Shown here: piece by piece, positions 26,101-37,529 of the stretch
Layout: each line of letters begins with the position of its first letter
Numbering within the stretch: position 1 is the stretch's first letter
Origin: Sphagnum compactum
Taxonomy: Eukaryota
NCBI GenBank assembly: GCA_965153455.1
Contig: OZ234494.1
Location: forward strand, 7,626,001 to 7,690,000
Reading direction: 5' to 3'
Length of the DNA: 64,000 bases
The notes under the pieces: model-generated
Database searches by the model: none
Seen by the model: the letters and a program-made list of their open reading frames with translations, nothing else
What the model was told of the DNA's origin: nothing
Made by a program: the position numbers and the translations under genes

Positions 26101-29100
26101 TTTGAGATTATGGACCAACTCGACCTGGTACAGGCATTCATTCTGTTCAATTCTAAAACTTCAATGAAGACTTTGATACCAATTCCGCTGTAACAAAGCT
26201 CTCTTGTTTAGGGTTTAGGTGTCTCTCTACATGATCAAATTGTGCAACATGGCTATTTCATCTACTTAGGATGGTACTATTTACAAAGAGCTGGCACTGT
26301 ATGTGTGGCCATCTAAACCTCCTAGCAGCATCAGCATAAGATTTTTGGTGGATTGTCTAGCAGTACTTAAGCATACCCATAAGCCATTTTTTTTCAATTG
26401 ACTGGCAGCTCAACCGAACTGCAGAGCTGGCACGTGTCTTTGGGATCGATTTCTTCTCTGTGTTTTCTCGAGGGTCTCAGTATCGTGTGGAATCCATGCT
26501 GCTGCGGCTCGCACATACCCAAAACTTTGTCCTCATTTCACCAAACAAGCAACAGGTTTGGTTTATTCATCTGTTTAGCACTAAAATTCAAGATCTTTAG
26601 GGTAATAGTTCTCCCATCTAGAATTGCAAAGGAGCATCATTCTCTCTACTTGCATTGGGTATTTACTGTTTTGAAGATGCTCTGAATCCAGGTTGCAGCA
26701 CAACCAGCAATGGAATGTCTGCCATTGGTGATGGAACCAGAGTCAAGGTTTTACACCAGCCCAGTGGTGGTACTAGACTTCCAGTCCCTTTACCCCTCCA
26801 TGATCATTGCATACAATCTGTGCTTCTCAACTTGCTTGGGCAAAATTGTACCCAACAACCCAAAAGTCTTGGGTGTCACCAATCTGGCTCTGCGACCTGG
26901 CCTTTTGAAGGAGCTCAAAGAGCAACTTACCATTACTCCCAATGGTGTGTTGTACACTCCCCCTGAGGTACACAATTGCTTCCACTCCCAGCTTTTATCA
27001 TTTGATTGAAGAGGTGTGTTTTTGCCACCCTAATCCCTTAGGGAAGACAGAATGCTACAGTTGAGAGATTTAAGAAGCAAAGCTGTAATAACATGGAGCA
27101 ATTGATCACTTAAGGCAGATGGAATTTTGCTCTCTGCTACTGCTACCCATTATCAGAGAACTGAGTGCCTGTTTTTTCAATACCCATTATAATTTGTAAC
27201 TTGCATTTTCTTCCAGACTCTTGTGTAGGGTTTAGTGTAAACCCTAAACCCCAAACCCTAAAACTGTAAGACAGTGTACCTCTACCTGCTGTTTCCATGT
27301 GCGAACTTGGGTAGCTAATATTTTGGGACTAGAGGCAGGTTTGTCATGGTGTGCTGCCAAGATTGTTGCGGGAAATTCTATCAACACGCATCATGGTAAA
27401 GCAGGCAATGAAGAAATTGTCTCCCACGCAAAGAGTGCTCCAAAGGGTAAATGATTGCATCTTCTTCTCCAAGCCTACTCATTCAGTGGGTTTCCTGCTT
27501 ACATATGGTAGTGCCATATTTTGTCAACTTCATGTCCAGGCTTCTCATTTTTCATCCAGAAAGAGGTGCAGGGAAGAGATTTGGTAGAGCACAGCACAAA
27601 AACTATCATGCAATTATATATTCTTGCAGGTGTTGAATGCAAGGCAGTTTGCATTGAAGCTGATAGCAAATGTGACATATGGGTATACAGCAGCAGGCTT
27701 CAGCGGCCGCATGCCCTGTGCAGAGCTTGCTGACAGTATAGTGCAGTGTGGCCGCCTCACACTTGAACGGGCAATCCACCTTGTCAACTCCACTGCCCAC
27801 TGGAATGCCCAAGTTGTGTATGGGGACACTGACAGGTACACTGATGGGATTTCTTCATTCAAATGATTTTTTTTACAGATTGGGTGATGGTATCAACTGT
27901 GCTAGAAGTCTTCTGTTATCTCAGCTGTTGTTGAAGTCCTCAAGGATGTCACCAGAGATCTGACTTTCAGAGGAGTAACAAAGTTTTTCAGAGGTCATCT
28001 GCTGCATCTTGAACCAAGAGAAGAAACATCATGATAGTCATGGAGAATTGCATGAGTATGCAATTCCAACAATCTGTTATGGTTTAGGGTTTAGGGTTTA
28101 GGGTCTATACTATGTAGAGGGAGGGCTGAGAAGTCAGTGTATGGACATGTGTGCATGGGTAGCATGTTTGTACATTTGGAGGGACGGACAAAGGAGGATG
28201 CTTTCAAGATAGGGCAAGAGATTGCAGCAGCAGTGACAGCAATGAATCCCACCCCTGTGACCCTCAAAATGGAGAAGGTATATCATCCCTGTGTGCTTCT
28301 CACGAAGAAGCGGTATGTTGGTTACAGCTTTGAGAGCCCCGAGCAGCTGAAACCAATCTTTGATGCAAAAGGGATAGAGACTGTGCGCCGTGACAGTTGT
28401 GCAGCTGTTGCCAAGACACTTGAGCGGAGCCTCCGGATTCTTTTTGAGGCACAGGATCTCTCACAGGTTGCTTTGCAAGTCTTACCACTTGTGCAAGTAG
28501 GCATGTTAGATTGAGGCCGTGTATACTTATGTTTAGACTGTTTGAATTCTAATGTCTTCTATCAGCACTGGCAATGTACAGAAACACAGTTTGTGACCAG
28601 AATTGGCTCTTTATATGTCACCATACATTGTTTGATAGGAGGAAAGTTCATTGGTCCACTTGAAAGGTGTTCCGTGTGTCTGTCTTCTTTTTGTACATTG
28701 AGCAGCTTGTGATGCTTTTGGTGTCTTATTTGTGATCACAAGGACTCTCTAGAATGTGGCTCATGCTTTTTTCTGAACCAAATGACACAGGTGAAGCAGT
28801 ATTTGCAGCGACAGTGGGGTAAGATTTTGAGTGGCCGTATTTCATTGCATGACTTCATATTTGCCAAGGAGGTCCGGTTGGGCACTTACAGTGCACGGGC
28901 ATCTGTGCTTCCACCAGCAGCAATTGTAGCTTCCAAGGCAATGGCAGTGGATCCACGGGCAGAACCTCGGTATGGGGAGAGGGTGCCATATGTGGTTGTC
29001 CATGGGGAGCCTGGAGCACGCCTGTCAGATGTAGTGGTTGATCCGCACACAATGCTTGCTAATGGGTTAAGACTTCATGACACATACTATATCACCAAGC

Positions 29101-29996
29101 AAATCATCCCCGCTTTACAAAGAGTGTTTGGTCTTGTGGGTGCTGATTTGAAGCTTTGGTTTGCTGAACTGCCCCGTGTATACCGACCACCAACCTCCAA
29201 ACGAGTGGGGCTAAGCTCCAAAAACAACCCTTTCAAATTTTTGCCCAATTCCAACAGAGGGAACAAAGAAGCTGTTCAACAGAAGGGAACCATTGATCAC
29301 TACTATCTATCTCAACACTGTACAGTTTGTGGCCAGTTGATGCGTGGGTCTCAACTTGTTTGCACTGCCTGTATCAGCAACCCTCAAGCAGTTGTCACAG
29401 TTCTGACCATGCAGACAGCTCAGTTGGAGAAGGAGTTCAAGCACCTTGAGGCTGTAAGTTGCCCAAGTCAAAATTAACTCTGAACCCAACTTTGTCTAAG
29501 TTCAGCAACTCAGGATGCAGATTTTGTATAATGTTTTGCCTGAAATTGTTATATACATATATATACCCACCATCAGGAGCTGATGATGTCAGTAGGTAGT
29601 CATGGCTTTTTGTGTGGAGATTGCTCTGCAATTTCATAAATGTGTATCTATGTTGTTCAGTCTCAATATCAGAAAATCTGGTTGAAAAAGGTGTGGTTGG
29701 GGGACTAGTAATATTATAAATATATTTTGGCATGGGGAAGGGTGGGTGGTGGGGGTGGATAGCTCTGGACTAGATATTAGTTTTTCACACTGAAATTGTG
29801 GAGACTGGGGGGGGTGGGGCAGCTATGCCGACACTGTGGTGGAGCAAATGGAGAGCCAGAGGGGCATATTGCATGCATATCTCTTGATTGTCCTATCTTT
29901 TTCGAGCGCCTCAAAGTTCAGAAAGAACTGCAATCCTCTTCAGTTGTGTCATCACAGACTGCAAGCTACCCACCCAGTTTTCTTGACCTCTTTTAG
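17126..29996 (+). CDS. REV3: DNA polymerase zeta catalytic subunit (B-family translesion polymerase), 21 coding exons, ~2741 aa
   Basis: Hand-spliced exons, all GT-AG and phase-consistent: 17126-17300, 17505-17587, 17726-17783, 18010-18059, 18186-18298, 18494-18536, 18641-18709, 19000-19393, 19593-19684, 19792-20160, 20334-23439, 23577-24607, 24830-24987, 25521-26127, 26409-26555, 26692-26967, 27339-27446, 27630-27835, 28163-28466, 28791-29453, 29823-29996 (8226 nt including TAG). REV3 N-terminus: [50 protein letters not shown]. Polymerase motifs: [26 protein letters not shown] (split by intron 18), KKRYVG. Also [10 protein letters not shown], and the C-terminal CysA (CTVC..CTAC) and CysB (CRHC..CISLDC) motifs. 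Confidence 0.95.
18299..18493 (+). other. U12-type (minor spliceosome) GT-AG intron, REV3 intron 5
   Basis: 5' site GTATCCTC (consensus RTATCCTT) and branch site TTCTTTAAC at 18475-18483 (consensus TTCCTTAAC) about 10 nt before the AG, with no polypyrimidine tract. Splicing restores [14 protein letters not shown]. Confidence 0.75.
28083..28103 (+). repeat. Interstitial telomeric repeat (TTTAGGG)3 in REV3 intron 18
   Basis: Three perfect plant-type telomere units. Confidence 0.9.
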
Positions 29997-32900
29997 GTCT
30001 AAACAGCTGAACACAGTCAAGGTAATGGGAAGTGTAGGTTCAAGTATTCTTTGAATGAAGAGATTTCAGTTTGTAGCCATCTGGAGCCTTGGAATTATTA
30101 CACCATCTGTTAATTCCATGGCTGGTTTTGTTCGAAAGTAGATTAGAAGGTTGTGGGTGGGCGTGTTATGGTTTCTTATACATGCCATCTACCCTCTTCT
30201 GTGTCAAAGTTGAAACTTAAATCCTCCATTTTAGGACCCATGTTCTTCATCCCTATTATTCTGCACAGCCCTGTGTGCACTGAACATGGAAAATCTATAC
30301 AAAATTGGTATGTAATAAGCTGGAGTCCAATGGGTCCAGCTACCGGGGCCCCCAAAAGAGCTGGGGAGTGGGTCCTCAGATCCCAGGAATCTTGACCATA
30401 GAAACTAGGGAGGGGGTCCTTGGATCCCAGGAATCTTGACCATAGAAAACAAGGTGAAATTTGTCATACAACTTAGTAGTGTACATGCTTAGGGTTAAGG
30501 TGACTAATAAAGTTTGTCAAAGGACATGGGGAGTGAGGAAATTCATTTGTGTAACTTGTCTTGTTCTCCACTACTTGTAAGCAATTTTAGTTTGCTCATC
30601 TACCAGTCATTCAACTATTGTCCATAAGAGCAATGCGGTGCAACCTTCATTGACTGACTCCTATGAATGCGATGCTGATGAGGATTAGAATAATTCTAAA
30701 TGGTAAACATTATTTTCTCCTAATAAGATTAGAAAGAGAAGTGCTAGAATGTTAATTTATTAAGCATTTTTGCCTCAAATTTTAGTTTAATGTTAATTCA
30801 TTAACCATGGCTGTAGCTATACTGCAAAATCACATGTGCTGTAAACTTCATCCTTCAAAACCTCAAAGTATATCAGGAACCAATTTGAGCTCTGCATTGC
30901 TTTGCTAGTGACGATCAACTATTTTAATTTTTCTTAGGTTTTCATATATTTATGTCACATTCAAATTTAACTTAAATTAACATACATTTCAAAGACATGA
31001 AAAGACATATGTTAATTTTAATTTTTTATATCCATGTTGGTGTATAGGAAAAAGGAGTGAGGTAGATATAAAATGAAGATAGTTATTAGAAAAGGTGGGA
31101 GATAGTTATTATGACAGTTAATAGGAAAGGAAGTAGTTATAAACAAAATAGTTATGAAATAAGTAGGTTTGAAAATGAGGTAGTTATTTCTGAATTGTTT
31201 TTGGAATGGTCCAGGGACAACCATACGACCAGAATGGTAATGTAGAAGTGACATATGAAACTTTTTGCAAAACTTCATCCTTCTAAACCTCAAAATATAT
31301 CAGGAACCAATGAGCTTTGTAATGTGGTCTTTTGCAAAATGTTCTCCTGAATTTGTCGGACTGATTAACAAAGTCTTACTCCACATGACTTTTTGAGGAG
31401 GTGGCTTATTTTTTGGATGTCTGCACCAAGCAGAATTATAAAGCAACAAGTTCAAGTAGCTCAAATGTGACAACAGGCCCATAGTTTCATGCTTACAATT
31501 TCTGTTCCACCAGACTATTTGGGGATCACAACTATGTTGCACAATATATCAAGAATATTTAACAACTTTCATGTAATCCAAATCTTGACTGAAAGTGTTG
31601 AAAGTCCACACCTTCTTTTAAAATTTTGCAAATAAAATAAATAGCGGTTTCCAAAGATTACTTGGTTTAGACATTTGGTTTAGACATATTGCGTGTGGAT
31701 ATGGTATAAGATATACCAACTGGGTAAATGTAAGTGTAACATTGGATGTGTAAGTGCAAGTGTATAACCAAGTAAGGCCATTTCATGCCATTTAAAATAA
31801 GTGTAAAACACATGTAAAACACATACACTTACACAATTCTACATACCATGTAAAACCATATAAAATAATGTAAATAAATGAAGGGAAAAATCTGTGCAAA
31901 ACATGCCCTTGTAACCTAGTCCCTTTCCCCCTTTATGATGTGTTAATTTTTAAATGAGTTTGAGCTTAGTATCAAGATGCTGATGTGCTAGATTTTGGAG
32001 GATGTTCATCATGGAGCTTAGGGATTCGCAATATATGAATGGCAACACAATTGTGTTGAAAAGGCTGAGTTTTTCTTTTCTTAGTGTTTACATAAATTAT
32101 GTAGTTTTTGAGAAGAAAAAAATAGTTTTTATAATTTTTAAAAACTTAGAAGGACAATAAAAGGAAAAATGTCTGGTTATTGCTCATCACCTTGATTTTG
32201 AAGATATGTTTTCTTTTCGTTGTGCCATACATTTCAAAGGAAAGGAAATGATAATAAAAAATCTGGGAAATAAAGATACAATAATTGTAATGGGAATATT
32301 GTGTGAAAATAGTTTACAGAGAAATCAAAATGAGTAAAACCACAAATTGTGAACATTTTAAGTACGATTGAAAGTATGATTATATTGTTTTATTAGTAGG
32401 CAAAGAGCAATTATGGATAGAATCTACGCCTACCATTTGGTGACCATCTTGGAAATAGTTTTTTTTCTGAAGCAAAAGAACAACAACAATATTGTGAACA
32501 ATTTGGATTGACTGAGAGTGTTGTTTTTGTAGATCTCGAAATTCAGAAAAGGATATATTTTTTGTAGATTCTAATTTCTAAAATGTTTTGGAAGCAGAAG
32601 ACAAAGGTTTAAGTGGTAAAGGCTATAAGGACTTATGTTGAAAAATATACCAAAAAATGAAGGAAATTTATTATTTATAAAACAATATGAGTCGAATGAT
32701 GACTCAAAGTTTGTAGAAGGTAATGGATCAAGAAGCGAAGCATCAAAACATGAAATCCAATCTTGAAAGAAATCAAGATGCAAACCAAGAAGTGTATGAA
32801 ACACCAAACATAGGTATAGTTTTGGAACTAAGAAGTTTGCGAACATAAAAACAACCTACAAGACATTGAATGTCTTCAATAGGAGTTAGAGCAAGAAGAG

Positions 32901-33769
32901 AAGTATGGACAAGGGGTCCACAAAAATGTCTTGGTTACAAAAAATGATCTCCAATGAGGGGATCAGGTTTGAAATACACCCAAGGAAAGTGGATATCCAT
33001 GTTTTTCAAGTGCCATCTGTTGTTCAAGAACATCGGGAAGAGAGAAATCCAAGGGACAAAGTGTTATTGGCAGACCCTGGAAATTTTTCAAGTTCAAAAT
33101 TTGTGAATAATTGGCGGAGTGATTACAATAGATGCACAAATATGCCATTTATGTACAATTTCAAGCATGATAAAGTGTACAACCAAAAGTACTTTCCAAG
33201 GATTTCAAAAGTAGAAGGATAGTAGGTTTGCACACAAATTTTGAAATGGCCAAATTTTGTAAAAGGGATATTAAAAGTAGGACCAAGAATAGGGCATAGG
33301 TAGTCTATTGTGTTTAACAACATCTATGTGCAAAACAATAAGCTATGTCATGAAATAATGTTATTTTGACAACATTTGGGAGAGTGCCAAAGCGATGGTA
33401 GCTTGGAGAACGGCAATGGAATGGTGGCTAAAAAAGCAACAATAGCTTAATAAATGTGCTGACATTTGCAAAAACTATTGAAAATTTTAATGGCATATCC
33501 ATGGTCTCCTTGTGATGGTGAGTTATTAACCCTTCTCTAATTCACTGGGATGTTTTATTTTCTTTTCATTAGCTCGAACAATGTTGTTTAGTTCTCTAGA
33601 AACATATTTCTTTTGGTTTGCTTAAAGACTAGAGCTTTTCGTAAGGTGAACCTTAATAGATTTCATATTTGTGTTTAGAATGGAGTGTGGAGTTGAGAAC
33701 TATTATTGGCTTTCATTTGTTTTGAAAAAGGTTGCCGATTAAGGGTTAATGATTTGTGAGATGGCTTTC

Positions 33770-35230
33770 AACACTAGGCGTGAAACTAGATTGTTGCCAA
33801 TCAAAGTTGAAAAAAAAAGAAGTTGGAGAGGGCCAATAATATTTTTGGACATGCACAATGGAGTGTGCAAGATTTTGGATGTAAGTTACCATTGTCAACT
33901 TGTGGGTGGGATGTTCGTCAAGACATAACTTTGGACATCATCTCTCAGGATGAACTTGAAGAAGTTTTTGGGAAAAGATAGGGTTGTAATGGATGGAAGG
34001 CTAAAGTTGGCAGTAAACTAATAAGAGGAGAACGTTTAGAACTATTCGAGTTGTATGAAATAATCTACACTCACTCACCGGCAAATGGTGATTACCTTGG
34101 CGTATTCTTAAAGGGTTGGTTAGCTGAAAAGAAAGGGCATGAAATCAATTAGGTGAGCTATACTTTTGAATGTAACCAAGAACAAATGAAAAGGACCAAA
34201 TGACCAGCATCTAGCCTAAGTAGAGGTAACAATTGTTCTCTTTCTTCAAAGCAAGCTTCAACACATAGTGAAGAGGGAACTGACAATGACTACCTCATCA
34301 TCGAAGCATCAAGAGAAGTTAAAGGTTTTTTGCCTAAACAAATAGCATTAGTGAGGAGGTTTTTAGAGGAAGCACAAAAGGAGCAAGAGGATATCCCTCC
34401 TCAAAAAGTGATTTTGGAAAGTAAAAAGGCTGATTTGTAACTTCATGTGTAGCCATTGGATGGAACAATGTTGGACAAGAAGAAAAGCTTTGAAGATGAA
34501 AAGCAAAATTTGGCTTTACTTGACACAAAAATGAAGAAAGTACCCTACAAGTATTTCATTAATTCATGATTCTTATGATTCCTCTTTATAGATCAATAGA
34601 TTTTATAGTTGAGAAAGCATGCACAAAATAAAAGCTTGATTTCTTATTCAAATAATTTGTTTTTCTTCATCAAAGTCAAATACCTAGTTTCTGTAATGCT
34701 TCGGCAACTTTTTCTGTATACTTTACCATGCTTACACCCGTACTAGTCAGCATCGCCAAAGTATCATGAACTAGTATAAAACTAGGATGTGGAAGGTAAC
34801 TACAATTTTAATATTCCAAAGTGGGTGGATGGAAATTATCCAAGAACCTCTATGTATGATGATGCATAGGTGAATGTTATGGAAGAGGCATTACATTTCA
34901 AATAGACCACAGAAGCAAAAGAATCGGAAGATAAAGAAGGAATCCAAAATGTAGAAGTTATGATTATGAAAATTCAGCCAAGTTGGTTCAAATTCTTTCC
35001 AAAATTTGTGTTTTTTATAGAATTAGAGGACATGTCATCACAAAATGTCCACATATTGATAATGAAATGAGGGATGGATTTGTTAAACATGTGAGACAAT
35101 ATATAGATTTTGGACGACAAATGTTGGATGGAGACTCTATAGAACAACCACAATTGAGAAAACAAGTTCAAAACAATTTAGAAAAAAGGATGCAGGGAAT
35201 TGTTTTAGGTGAAGGATAGTTTGTATGGAA
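33770..35230 (+). mobile_element. Degenerate retroelement-like ORF remnants
   Basis: Stop-broken, intronless frames such as ELYEIIYTHSPANGDYLGVFLKGWLAEKKGHEIN*, and a decayed CCHC knuckle CVFYRIRGHVITKCP at ~35010. Confidence 0.35.
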
Positions 35231-35439
35231 CATATTGAGGATCCGTAATTCTCCCAATGTGAGTAGGGTAGAACTATTTTTTGTAAAAATAGATTCTATG
35301 TCACAGAGAGTATAAATGAATGTTATACAGTTGGAAGGTGGGTTGTCTATGAATTAAGACAATCATCAAGAATGCCTAGAACGATGAATGGGATACCTTA
35401 AATATTGATAATCGTTTCACAAGAATAACAAATTCAATA

Positions 35440-36610
35440 TGTGATGTTGTTAAGGACATGAAGATCCACAATAACAAAGGCTAAAGGAAAGGTCTAAGTC
35501 TAACTTTCAAATAAGGAACAAAACAAGATTATGCGATTCAAAAACAAAAACACAAAAACTAAGAACAAGAACATGAGATGTGTAACACAAACATGAAAAT
35601 AAATTTTTATTATGCTAACATATGCAAACATGAACATGAGACAAACATGACAATCTTGCTCTGGTGCAAGATTGTGTCTAAGATTAATGTTGAACAAAGT
35701 GAAAGAAATGAAAGGTGCTACTTCTATTTATACCCCTTTGGGCCCTTTGGGGACCTAACTCAAGGAAGCTTCCAAGGACACTTCTTTGTGTGCATTGAGT
35801 AAACAAGCTTCTTGAGAACCGTCCTAACTGAAAATCAACTATGAGTTAACTAAAACTTAACCAAAAGCTAACTAAGACTTAATTAGGAGTCAATTGGGAG
35901 TTAACTAAAGTTAATTAAAACTTAACTATGAATTAACTATGAGTTAATTAAGACTTAACTTGGACTTAATTTGAAGTTGACTACGAATTAATTCGGATTT
36001 AACTAAAATTTAATTAAAAATTAACTAGAGTGAACTAAGAGTCAATTAAAAATGAACTATGAATTAAGTGGAAGTGAACTAAAACGTAACTAGAAGTTAA
36101 CTAAAAGTGAACTGAAACTAAATTAAAAGTTAGGTACATGGATGAACATTCAAATGAATAAACTCCATGGCATTGGCATTTATGACATCACCTCCCCTTT
36201 TAGCGACAAGTTCCACGAGGAGTGGACTTGTGTTTGCTTGGATATCGTCAATAAAATTCATGCACCCTCTCCATGGCATTCAATAGGTTTTTGAAATTAG
36301 TTCTCAAATGCATTCATTCACATCATACCCATGCCAATAAACAAGATATTGGAGTCAACGATTAAAGATCCTTGAATCTTAAATGTCTTCCACTTCATAA
36401 TCATGTTCACTAGCAACTTTAATCGGTGGAGAAAGATCATGGATTCTTCTTGGAATGGTAGACACGTGGTAAGGTTCCAACAAACAAAAACATGAAACAC
36501 ATGATGGATTTTCATACCTAGAAGCTTGAACGGGAAAGCCACGACATTGATATGTTTCACAATGAGGATTGGACCTAACCTTTGATGACACAAATTCTCT
36601 AATGGCCTTG
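35440..36610 (-). mobile_element. 3' end of a chromodomain-bearing Ty3/gypsy (chromovirus, Tcn1-like) element with PPT and 3' LTR
   Basis: Minus strand integrase C-terminus RLGPILIVKHIN..MKIHHVFHV..LLEPY, then a decayed chromodomain YEVEDI*DSR...QYLVYWHGY. PPT AAAAGGGGAGGTGA is followed by TG at 36187. The LTR runs left to a likely CA end at ~35440 and contains an 11-bp periodic array. Confidence 0.75.
35830..36130. repeat. ~11-bp periodic array (TTAACTAAGAG-like) inside the chromovirus LTR
   Basis: AACTA/TTAACT recurs about every 11 bp over 300 bp. Confidence 0.8.
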
Positions 36611-36611
36611 T

Positions 36612-37529
36612 TGACATGCCCCCAAACTTTTCAAAAGACCTAGAAGTGGGTCCCAGAACGAAACAATAGAAGAAGAAGAGAGTTGGGGCATGCTCCCTAA
36701 CTCGCAACACTTTGGGGGTAGGAAGGCATGTTGGAACTCCAGGATGGGACTAGGACGAACTCACAAACGAAAGTTCAAGATGAGGTCAACCTGCACAACC
36801 AAAAAAAGAAGGCGGTTAGTGAAAATTGAATAAAAGTGGTGCGACAAACTTAGTAAAGACAATTTCAAACACAAACTTTACACGGCCTGCAACCTTTGAA
36901 AGGACTCACCATTCCCCTCCCTATAGTATGTTTTGTGCCTCTCCATTGGGACTACATTCAAATGTCACTTTTCCCCGAAACTTTCAAGTGAGAGTCCCAA
37001 AACTCTAACTTTTGTTGTCCAAAAACTTTAGACGCTCATATGTTTCTTAAATCAAGTTTTAAAATAAAATAAAATGTGATGGCAATATCTTATAGCCTTT
37101 GAAAATATCTTTCCAATGATATATAGCATGCTTCAATTGGATTTCATTTGGCCCCTGATTTCAAGGGATTTATAGTCAAGAGTCAAATTTCCAATTTGAC
37201 TCCTGCCCCTTCTTTTGATCATAACTCATGCAAATTAGGTCTAAATAAACAATGCGAGATGATTTTAAACATTTAAGCTTCAAGACCTTTCTAATGGTGT
37301 CATGGAAGCCCAATTTGGTGCTTGTTTGCCTTTCTAACCAAGGCTTTGAACATTCATAACTTTGCACGAGTGCAACTCCCAAAGTGCGAGTGCATTTGGG
37401 AGTCATTGGGCTTGATCCCTTGCACTCTTCCCAATTTGTGAAAGTGTGTTTCACACCTCAACAAACTCTTGGCCTCATGGGCCCTCGCATTTCACACTTA
37501 GTTGCAAACCCAATGTTAGGGTTGCGACA
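36612..37529. mobile_element. Probable solo-LTR-type repeat (~920 bp) between two retroelement fragments
   Basis: Begins TGACATGCCC and ends GGGTTGCGACA (TG...CA with weak terminal symmetry). It is non-coding and abruptly truncates the chromovirus integrase on the left and a gypsy gag on the right. No matching target-site duplication was seen. Confidence 0.45.

Noticed and set aside
17597-29733. Numerous 60-160 aa antisense and alternate-frame ORFs over REV3 (and similarly over OPT)
   Set aside because: They are shadow ORFs of coding exons or read-through into introns, with no recognisable motifs.
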